Source of the DNA: Epithemia pelagica
Lineage: Eukaryota; Protista; Bacillariophyta
Length of the DNA: 64,000 nucleotides
Reading direction: 5' to 3'
Assembly: GCA_946965045.2 (NCBI GenBank)
Contig: OX337241.1
Coordinates: forward strand, 2,976,001-3,040,000
Part shown: piece by piece, positions 26,294-36,379 of the stretch
How the letters are laid out: every line of letters begins with the position of its first letter
Position numbering within the stretch: position 1 is the first letter of the stretch
Translations under genes and position numbers: made by a program
Notes under the pieces: model-generated
Told to the model about the DNA's origin: nothing
The model's database searches: none
What the model saw: only the letters and a program-made list of their open reading frames with translations

Positions 26294-27445
26294 ATGCCCA
26301 CGACATTGAAAGAACAAGCATGGCAGTCGGGCCTTGTCCTGAAGAACGAGACAGCTGAATGGAATCAAAATCACTGGCCGCCTCTTGTGGGAGGAGCGCG
26401 AGAGTATCATACATCCGTCGTACTAAATCATCTCGATACTGACAAAGATAGCAACAGCAAGAGACAAACGGTCGTCGTGTTGGGCGGATATCAAGCAGAT
26501 CCAGGCAGTCTCGATTCCGTTCTGTTATTAAATCTGGCAGACCCAGACATGCAATGGCGAGAGGGTCCGCCCATGAACAAGAGTCGTGAAGGACATGCCG
26601 CTGTTGTGTGCAATGGCGGCATCTACGTGATTGGAGGATTCAATATAGGATCTTTGGATTGCATGGAACGAATCGATGCCAAGGATATACTTCAATTATC
26701 TTTGACAACCAGCAGCACACACGAGATCCAATGGACGACATTGACATGTCGCTTATCAACGCAACGAAGAGGATGTTGTGCGGTTGCGGTTCACAACCGA
26801 TACATCGTTGTAGTGGGTGGATGGGATGGAAGGCAAAGGTTGTCGTCAGTGGATATTATTGATACCAGGAACCACACCGTCACTGTGGGACCAAGCATGA
26901 CTGTTCCACGACGATTTTGTACCAGCGCGTTTATTGGTCACCGCATCTTTGTCGTTGGGGGCCAAAACGATGATGGCTATCTTGACTCGGTGGAGTATTT
27001 AGACCTTGCAAGGCCATGTGGCACTGAAAAGACAAAGGAGGACTCGGCTAATACATTCATCTCCTTCTCACCCACCTGGACCACTCATTCCGAGTTGCTT
27101 TCCATTGCACGAAGTTCTTGTGCAATGGTTGCCGTGGGATCTTGTCTGGTGGTGGCGGGAGGATGGCGCAATTCAACCGTGGAAGTCTTGGATACGCACC
27201 GCAACCGCGTTTGGAATCTCCCACCATTTGGAAATCACCGCGATGGCTGCTCTATGGTGACTGTTGCCAATCAACTTGCCGTGATTGGTGGACGTCGGAA
27301 TCCTTCATGTGCAACATTACCACTAATGGATCGGAATTCGTGGTGTTTTCGCCGTCTCTGTGAACAGCAACTTAGCGGGTGGCATCTTTTTCGGGAAGGA
27401 ATGGACATTTCGTCCTTCTCCACCTCGACATCAAAATCTGAATGA
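26294..27445 (+). CDS. Kelch-repeat beta-propeller protein K8 (383 aa)
   Basis: MPTTLKEQAWQSG start, six blades, open ORF. Confidence 0.9.
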   Translation: MPTTLKEQAWQSGLVLKNETAEWNQNHWPPLVGGAREYHTSVVLNHLDTDKDSNSKRQTVVVLGGYQADPGSLDSVLLLNLADPDMQWREGPPMNKSREGHAAVVCNGGIYVIGGFNIGSLDCMERIDAKDILQLSLTTSSTHEIQWTTLTCRLSTQRRGCCAVAVHNRYIVVVGGWDGRQRLSSVDIIDTRNHTVTVGPSMTVPRRFCTSAFIGHRIFVVGGQNDDGYLDSVEYLDLARPCGTEKTKEDSANTFISFSPTWTTHSELLSIARSSCAMVAVGSCLVVAGGWRNSTVEVLDTHRNRVWNLPPFGNHRDGCSMVTVANQLAVIGGRRNPSCATLPLMDRNSWCFRRLCEQQLSGWHLFREGMDISSFSTSTSKSE

Positions 27446-30400
27446 ACAATGACCAGTATGTACTAAAAGGCAAGGATGAAACTTGAAATGGGCAACATAT
27501 TGCATTGATGTCCTGCAAAAGGGGATACATTATATAGTGTAATCTTTTTGTTCTGAAACTATTGCTCTAGTGTTTGCATGGCATTGCAAACTATTGAGAT
27601 ATTCATGTACCATCGGTGTAGTAGAAATGAGATTGTGTGACACAGCGTACGGCAGGGAACGTGATTTCTCGAAACGACGAAAGCCATGGATTATCGAGAG
27701 CTTTGCTTTGTGTTGAGTGTTTCTGTCGTCGTGGCCCTTGTTTTGCCAGCCCCTAGGGATTATGCACATGAAGCGGTCGCTTCTTTTGGCTGGACTCCAA
27801 ACTTCGATAAGAGTCACAAACTTATCACTCTGACTGTAAGAATAAAATTTGTTCTATTCTCTGACGGAGCGACGATTATCCCCGTATTTGCCTGGACTGT
27901 AAAAGGACGTTGGGATTTGCCATGTGTCCGACTATAAAGTCAAGAGCAATCACAGGACAATCTTCGCACACCCCTTCAATCACGGTATGGGGATCGAAAC
28001 GACCCACCCTCTCCACTTCATGTTCCTTAAATTCTTGTTTCAAATCTTTTGGAATCAATCCCAAGTACCAATAGTGACCTTCGCAAACTTGAGCAATCGA
28101 ACCCGATACTGACTACTTGGCATTTGGTGAAGGTTCTTGGATATTACGTGTCTACCAAGGATTGCACATGCCAGCAATAATGGAAAAACGGAGACGATGC
28201 ACGACGACGTTCCACAGAGATGCCTTGCACTGGTACCGACGGGAGGACAAACATTTGTTGTCTAACCATCCAAGTGACATTTCAAGCAGTCGATGATGAC
28301 TCATCGTCAATCATTGGATTGAAGACGATTCGACAGAGGACGAGCCATGGGCAAAGATGCGGACAACATTGAGAAAAGAGAGATTTGTCGTTTCCCAATG
28401 AGAGAATGAGTCGAGGCCTCGTCTGCGGCCTGCTTGGCCATCGTCAACATCCGTTGTTGCAGTTGAAGCAAGGTAAGGTTGGTACAGCATGTCGATCGGC
28501 CGGTATACACCAACTCGCCATTCCGACAAGAAAGGTTCCATCGCTTCGCGAAGCAACCGATGCAGCACGGATTATATGGCGTAACCGATGAGACAACAAT
28601 TGTATGGCTTGTCTATGACTCGTGAGAAACGTCTTGCACTGGTCCGCCAGGTTACGAGCCCAAATTGAGGTGCCCATCCATATTGCCAGTGCCACGGCTC
28701 CAGAATTCAGAACGGCAACCGCACGTAGCAGTCACCATTGGGTGTCATTGGGCAAGAATGACTCGTCCCCATCGAGACTTGTCGTATCTCTTTGCGGATC
28801 TATGCTCTCAGTAGATTGGAAGGATTCGAACTTGAGGGTCCATGCAAACTCTCTCGCGAATGACTTGCGCTCTTCTTGATCTGTGACTTGAGTGCTCCAC
28901 CACCATTCGTTGTTTCAAGTTCGTCGTTCGTCCTCTCGTCATCGTCGTCGGTGTCCCCAGCGGGGGTGAGGAGTCGGGTCGCATGTGTGTCGTGCTTTTT
29001 TGGTGTTCGAACACTCATTCACTAATCCTCATGACTTACCCCCGCTGAGAGCTAATTCTGGAAGCGCACCCAAAAAGGCTGTACCTACAATCTTTTGGAC
29101 AGTAGAAGATATTAGAAACGCTAGGAATGTTTCGTGGCGTGGAGAATGGAGAATGGGCCAACCGACACGACGAATCACCATGATGTGAACGAGACGAAAC
29201 AAATGTTGGTTCACTCCTTTCCTGGGATGGTCCTGCAAACCCCAACCCATCACCACCAACGTAACAGACTCCTGCATATCATAAAATGTCATTCCAACAG
29301 CAATGGCCTCCTGAAAAGAACCCCTCAAGCCTCTCAAGTGCCACCAATTGCCGCTACTGTCGAATCCAAGCAGGGTGAATCAAGAAACTCCCTTTGTTAT
29401 GAAATGTACCCGTTACAGGCAGCCTCAACCACACTCCCAGTGACGCAACAATATTCATGAAACAATTCTGCAGCAAGGACTCTTTTTCTCATTCACAAGA
29501 TTCGTGGTGGTGATCGTCACGAAAACGTCATTTGGTCCCCAACGCCATGATGGCCAGGCCAACTTGGTTCGAACCCTTCATCATAGCCTTGTTGTTGGGG
29601 ATTGGAAACAAGCCTTGGTTCCTGCTGGCAATAAGCAACGGGTCATTGTCCTGCAGAGTTGTGAGGATGCCGAGGAGGAGCCACATGCTCGATCGGTGTA
29701 CTGATAATTCCCAAGGGCGTTTGGCAAAGCTTGAGTAACGACAGAAAAGAGACGAGGGAATGGCGAAAATGATGAGAGCAACAGTCGGGGCAGTAAGGAT
29801 GACCACCAATAAGTGCTATAGGATCCATCATCCAGCACAGCACGAACAAAACGTCTCTGCAGAGAAGTCGACCGAAAACTACAGAGAAATCTCAAGATCA
29901 GTCTCGTCCGTTTGCGACAGAAGATCCTCCATAGAGTCCGCCCAAGGCGCAGACGTGACCTGTGCGAAATGGTTGAGTCATTGTTTGATACTCTGAAACT
30001 ACCAAGCGTTCCCTCTCGTTTGTCTTTTTACCAACAAGATTCTAACATCAAATCAGCAACCAGAAACGAACACGAGCGATCCACCAATCATGATGGAAGT
30101 GTATCCTCTGTTGGTTTCCAGGCCGAGGAAAAGTGTTCCGCAATGATTGAAATTCTTGTTTCGTGGAATCCACTTCGCCATCCCGATGGTCCCTCTAGAA
30201 GAAGGGTAGTTGTGGTTATCCAAAGGAAAGGCTCAAAAAAGTGTACAATTGCAGAGAGATCCTCTAGTCATGAGATCTCACGAAGAACCTAGGGATGCAA
30301 CACAGGGAAAGAAAATATGTGGTCATTGTCTCGCCATGAGGTTTATTTCGGTATCCAAAAACTTTTCCACCATACTCCACAAAAGGATGCGTGGTCTTCT

Positions 30401-31378
30401 TCAATGGCCTTGGCCTTTTGTATTACTGGGGTTCTTCGCGAGAGGCACCACGACATACTGTACTACTAGGACGACGCATGGCGAAAATTGCAGGGCGACG
30501 AAACGGTCTGAGCCAGTACCACGACAACGACCGGCACCCGTCATGACCATCGACCTTCAGTAGTAGCAGGACGGAACAGCAACAGCCGCGAATCATCACA
30601 CTGAACCACGAACGACGACTGACATGTGTACTGCCCAGTAGTTGAAGCAAGTTCCTTCCCAGACGACTCGCAACACTACCAATGTCTCCATCCACGGCCT
30701 GTGTGCAATGCCGTTGCTTTTCCGTCGACTCGGCATTCGTTGAGGGGAACCAACAACCGGACAGACTGGAGCCTTCATTGTATGGTTATTAGGATTGGGA
30801 AATGCCAAACAAATCACGACCATACTGTACTCCCCTTACCAGTGCAAGTGACATCAGCAACAACCACAAAGCATCACATTCATCGCTGTTATGCGCATCT
30901 TGTTGTGATTATGATGTATGGAATTGCCAACCAGATCACGACAATACTCTACTCCACGGCCCATCGCAAGCGACATCAGCAACAACCACAAAATATCTGA
31001 ACGAATCCACACCACCTTCATCACTGTTACGGGTACTCTCCGTTGACGCTTCAAGGTCTGCAGCAACTTGATTGTCCTGTTTTGTCACCTTTCTTCTTGT
31101 TTGGTACTAGAAGGACTCTTCTAGTCTCCACCAGTAAAAGGTTCCACTCGGTCCACCAAAGCAACATGGTCAACTTTTCTTGTTGGAATCCACCAACAAA
31201 TTGTTGTTCTGCTAGGACGACGCATCCCGAAAATTACCCGGCGACGAAATTGACCAGAGCTAGTAATAACAGGATGGAACAACAAGAGCAGTGCCAACAA
31301 ACATGGCGTTTATTCCGGTATCCAATAAAACTTCTACGGTACTCCGAACAAGAATGAGTAATATTCTTCATTGCGTGG

Positions 31379-31614
31379 TGCCGCAATCTATCGTTATAGA
31401 TGCGTCTCTTGTCGTACTCAGCGGTCAAATGATCGCTATGGTCAACAAATGATGACGGTAGGCAGGGAACGGAAGGGAGAAGAGATGCAACAATCAAACA
31501 AAGCGAAATTATAATTCCAAACTGTGTGTGGGAGTTATTCTACTTTCTTGGCTCGACTCGCGCGCTCCAAGGCTGCTACCCCACTAGCATGCATACTTCC
31601 CCACTGTCACGACA
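31379..31614 (-). repeat. Element A 3' LTR (236 bp)
   Basis: Identical to 54208-54443; preceded on the minus strand by PPT GAGAGGGAG (31615-31623). Confidence 0.97.
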
Positions 31615-31663
31615 CTCCCTCTCAGACGGAGGAGCGATTGCAGTTGAGCAATCATAGTTTGGT

Positions 31664-34455
31664 TCACCATCCAGCTAGCATCTCTCTTGCTCGGACGAAT
31701 AAAGTCTTATCCAACCCCTTGGTAAGACAGTCAGCAATTTGATCTTCGGAAGCGACCTTTACAAGTTGAATCTCACCCCTTGAGACATTCTCCTTGAAAA
31801 AGTGGTACTTCACAGCAATATGTTTTGATCTGGGCGTCATCTTTGGTGTTGTGGCCAAGAGCAAAGCCCCATTGTTATCCTCGAAGACTTTTGAATAGGC
31901 ACGGCATGGAAGGATCTTGGCGCCAAACATTCCCTTAATTTCAGCAACCAGTCCCCGAAGCGGTAGCAAATCACGCATGGCAAGACTGAGAGCGATGTAC
32001 TCAGCTTCCATTGTGGACACAGCAATCTCCGATTGAAGCTTTGATACCCAGTGAACAGGGCACCCGGCCACCATCAAGACATATCCGGTTCTTGATTTTA
32101 CACACAATGGATCCTGTGGATCCTCGGCATTCCATTGTCCGGCAAAGTCCGAATCAACATAGCAATCAACGGTCAAGTGTTTGGACGGTGTCAAGATCAT
32201 TCCTCGGTCTTTGGTCCCTTTCAAATATCGGCATATCCGTTTGACAGCTTGTCCATGGGAGGCTTTTGGATTATGGGTAAATCTTGCACACTGGTGCACA
32301 GCGAACGCAATCTCCGGCCTGGAGTTGGATGCCAAATAAAGTAACATGCCGACCACTGACGAGTAGCTCCATTTCTCGCAAAACTCAGCTCCATCCTTGT
32401 CTGTTCCAAGTGGAGTCTGACTCGCAGGAGTCTTATCCGGATTGCACTCTTGCAACCCTGTTGCTTTCAACACTCGTTCAATCAGTCCCAACTGTTTCAA
32501 CTTAATTTGGCCGTCATCCAGTCGTTCAAAGGCGATGCCCAGATAGGCGGAGACGTCTCCCTCTACTGTCAGTTCGAGATCGTCTTTCAAAGAGTCCAAG
32601 ACTTTAAGAATTTTTGCTTCATCCGGTGCCACCCAAATCACATCATCAATGTAGACAAGGCACAATATTTGCTTTGTCGCATCAAAGAAAAGGCATGGAT
32701 CATATTTGCTCTGAGTGAAGCCACGCTGCTCCAGGTGGCCTTTCAAATGATCATACCAAGAAAGGGGAGCTTGTCTCAGGCCATATAAGGTTTTGCGCAA
32801 TCGCAAGACATAATCTTCTGTGCTATCCTGTGGGGCGAAATCCTTCGGCAGCTCCATATACACGTCTTCTTTGAGAGTCGCTTGGGCGAACGCATTCGAA
32901 TAGTCCGTTTGGACTGTCACCCAATTGAACACCAGACTCAACAATAAAACAAGGCGGATCGTTGTCCATTGCACGACAGGAGCGTAGGTTTCAAAGAAAT
33001 CTACTCCTTCGATCTGTTTGTCGCCTCGCACACACAACCTTGCTTTTAGTTTCCGAATGGATCCATCTGGATACCGTTTGCGCCGGAATGCCCACGTTGA
33101 GGGCAATGCTTTGCGACCTTTTGCTTCCATGGTGGAGCGTTTCTCTAAGTCCCATGTGTGTTTTCCTTCTAATTCACGGACTTCGTTTCCCATTGCTTCG
33201 GTGAATCCCTCGCGGTCGTCCCCGGTCATTGCTTCAAAGTACGAAGGCAAGTCGGGATCCTTCTTCTTGGACTTTGTTGAGGCTTGGTACACAATTGGAT
33301 CACGGAATCCGTACGTGTCTGTTTCATCATCGACATCCAGATAGGCTTGATAAGCAGCCGTTGTCGTGGCGTCTGAAACAAAGAGAGCGAAACTCTTCAG
33401 GGCTTGATATCCTGCTCCTTGGGTTCCATCATAACCCCAACGGAGAGGAGGTTTTCGTTGTCTACCGGAGCGTCGTACTCCTGGAGAAGGGGAGGAAGGC
33501 AAGTTTGGTGACGGCAGCACAGGCGGTGGTGGCGGATCAAACACTGCCTCGTCGGTTCCATCCGGTGGTGCTGGCGGCGGTTCTTCTGTCTCTCGAGGCT
33601 GTTCAGGACGTTGTTGTTGTAATGGTGGAGAATCAGGGTTAGGAGAATGTTGCCTCTCCCTCTGATCCTGCAATACATCGTCTGTTCGAGGTGGCGGAGG
33701 CTCCCTCTGCTGCTGAGGCTGGTCTTGGCCTTGCCGAATTTGTGCAGAACGTTCAGCGTTGTCGGCATATCGGTCCATCCACTCATCAGCCAGAACGACG
33801 GGGTCATTGTCGTCGAAAGCATAGTGGTATCTCGAATCTGCAAAGAGTTGGGTCCACTGGTTGGCATCAAATGGTTCGTCGCCGGCTGTTCCAATGACGC
33901 TGGTAAACCAGTCGTCAAAGACGACGTGAAACTGCGGCGAGATGTGACCGGTCCGAGTATTCAAGACCAATGGTACACGCGACGAATGACGACGAGAGAA
34001 TCCGAGAAAAATTCCACGGCGAGAACGGGGCTTCCACTTTGGCAGCTTGTGTCCGTCCTGAAGGGTCGGCTCAAGAACGTAACACGGACAGCCCCAAACA
34101 TGCATGTCCTGAAAAGAGGCACGCGACACTTTCGTCCGTAACACCAATTCCAACGGAGACATCATTCCTGCACTGGCTCTCGGCATATGGTTGTGCTGGT
34201 GCACGACATAGTCCACGGCCATAGGCCACAAGCTCATATCAGCGGCGTCAGGCCATCGAATGGCAGCGTGAATCAAGATTGTGCGGACTTTTGTAAGGAT
34301 GGTACCAATGCCGCGCTCTGCGATGCCATTCTGGTGATGCGCTCCAACTCCACTAAACTTAATATTCTGTAGACCATTCTCAATTTCTTGCACGAAAGCT
34401 TTCGAAGCAAAGATCCCATTGTCCGATTGGTAGGCTTGGACAGTCACTCCCATGT
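31664..34455 (-). pseudogene. pol: Element A pol, 3' part (integrase core C-half, RT, RNase H)
   Basis: YQSDNG and NGIAER (integrase); YGLRQAP and VYIDD (RT); YVDSDFAG, EAEY, FEDN and IADCLTK (RNase H). Joins EKRMF at 51119+ across the B insertion. Confidence 0.95.
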
Positions 34456-34460
34456 CAAAC

Positions 34461-35243
34461 TGTTAGAATTCTCACCGTCTATGGTGGTTAGATTCTACAT
34501 CTCATCGATTCCCCATGTCACATAGCCTCGTGCTATCGCATCATGCCCTCTAGCTTCGAGCTATGTTTCCTAGCTTCGCGCTATATCGACCTATATTTCT
34601 TCGCAAATCATGAAAAGTGAGAATAGATTGACGAACTCACTCTCAAGACTAAACTGGGTCGTGCGGTATTACAACGGACGTAAATTTGGCCGTTGCTCGG
34701 ACATTATACTAACGCCCTAAGCGTACGCGCCCGAAATCATCGAGCGCGCCCAAGCGACATCCGAGCGCTATCGGCATCCATCCGACCCAACGGTCTAAGT
34801 ATCCCAAGCACGACACACGATCACGCGAGACCATATTTCCATTCCCACAATCTCCAAATTGTCAACAAGCTGCGCGCCATGAAAACAACTATGCCAACCC
34901 AAAGCAAGAGCTGTTGACCCTGTATATGTTATCCGCCCACATATACATGTCATATACATCACATGAATCAACTCCAACTATTCCAAACCTGTTGCCGCCA
35001 AGAACCTATGACACATGACCCTTGGCAGGACCGAACATTTCACGTAGACCTATCGTAGTAATCAACACACAATCTAACAATATCACCATTTATCACATCC
35101 TCTTTTGTGTCCCGACTATCCTTCTGATAGACTTCGACTTGCTTGCTTCTCTGACCCTGAGAAGCTTGTATCGGTTGGTGACCTACCTGATTGTCTGCTC
35201 TACCGAGCATCAATGTCCCTACGATTCAGAAAGAATTGTAACA
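34461..35243 (+). repeat. B-outer 5' LTR (783 bp)
   Basis: TGTTAGAATT...AATTGTAACA, followed by the PBS. Confidence 0.97.
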
Positions 35244-35257
35244 GATTAACAGTCTCA
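35244..35257 (+). promoter_or_regulatory. Family B primer-binding site, complementary to a tRNA-Asn(GUU) anticodon arm
   Basis: The reverse complement of GATTAACAGTCTCA is TGAGA-CTGTTAA-TC (anticodon stem, loop with GTT, nt 39-40). Identical in B-inner at 47238-47251. Confidence 0.75.
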
Positions 35258-35279
35258 AAGCTTATTTCCTTGTGGTTTC

Positions 35280-36059
35280 ATGGATACTAACGAGATTATC
35301 ACTCCTGTACGACAGATCTATCGAGCCAACCTGCATCCCGGGCAGCCCGATACCCTGGTGCAGCAGGAACTGGTGCCGACGCCGAAGGCAGCCAACACAT
35401 CGGTCAACATCTCCGTCGACAGTTCCAACAGCAACCCATTCGAGACTCCAACCCAGCCTCACGCTCCGATCCCTGCGCCGTTGCTTCGGCCCCCGAGTCC
35501 GCCTCGTCGGCTCGTCCCTTCTCGATCCCGTCGTACCACCCGGTTGATTGCTGATCATATCAAGTACTTCCGCCAACCAACTTGTTCGACCTTCGATCCC
35601 GAGATCATCCGTGGGGAGACCCAGATCGAACGCCAGTTCCAATCGGTGACCCACATCGTCGACCAAGAAGACATTGACCGTCTGAACGACCAACTTCATC
35701 GTTCTCCGAGGCGTCGCCTCATCTTTGCCGCCCTCTCGGGCAACCCCATCCGTACTGTCCACCTCCGCTTCCTAACCTTCGAGCGCCCAACTGGATACTA
35801 CAATACCATCCACGTCGTGAACGCGACGACTTGCCCTCTGCCTCCTAACGTTGTACGCCTAGATAACTACGTTGCCTACATCCACGAGGTCCATACCATC
35901 GAGGACCATCGTGCAACTATCTACCCTTTGCGTACCGAGGTCGAGAACCACCTGGCTGAAGGTGATACCCCTTCTTCTGTTGCTTGTGCTGCCCCATCTG
36001 AGCCTGGAAGCGACTCTGATCATTCGGAAGAGGGTGAGGATTCAGAGACCGAAGCTTAA
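35280..36059 (+). CDS. Family B extra ORF upstream of gag (259 aa, unknown function)
   Basis: Starts 37 nt after the LTR; open and the same length in both B copies; Pro-rich N-half and acidic C-tail. Confidence 0.7.
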   Translation: MDTNEIITPVRQIYRANLHPGQPDTLVQQELVPTPKAANTSVNISVDSSNSNPFETPTQPHAPIPAPLLRPPSPPRRLVPSRSRRTTRLIADHIKYFRQPTCSTFDPEIIRGETQIERQFQSVTHIVDQEDIDRLNDQLHRSPRRRLIFAALSGNPIRTVHLRFLTFERPTGYYNTIHVVNATTCPLPPNVVRLDNYVAYIHEVHTIEDHRATIYPLRTEVENHLAEGDTPSSVACAAPSEPGSDSDHSEEGEDSETEA

Positions 36060-36379
36060 TTACTCATAGTTAACTCCCGTCCTCTCAAAACCTTTCCAAG
36101 ACTTAAACTCAACGCACATCCGGGTACCCTTGGTCGCACAACACGCCACACATTCCCGTCAAATCGCGAAAATTCGGCGAAAATTTGTTGAAACTCGGCG
36201 AAAATTTGTCGAAATCAACGGAAATTTCCAGGAGTCGCACATCACAACACACATCCGGGTATCACATACGTGGTACATACGTGGCACACGTGGTACATCC
36301 GGGTTCACATCACATCACACATTAAATAAACCACATCACACCGCACATTAAATAAACATCGAACCAACCAAATAACACC

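Noticed and set aside
33229-34141. Plus-strand ORFs opposite pol genes (also 43467, 51141, 51853, 58955, 62084)
   Set aside because: Antisense shadows of the retroelement reading frames, with no independent motifs.
34693-35290. Short ORFs inside family B LTRs, repeated four times
   Set aside because: The recurrence only reflects LTR identity; they are short, have alternative starts and no domains.
35280-36059. Family B extra ORF as an env gene
   Set aside because: It lies upstream of gag and has no signal peptide or transmembrane helix.
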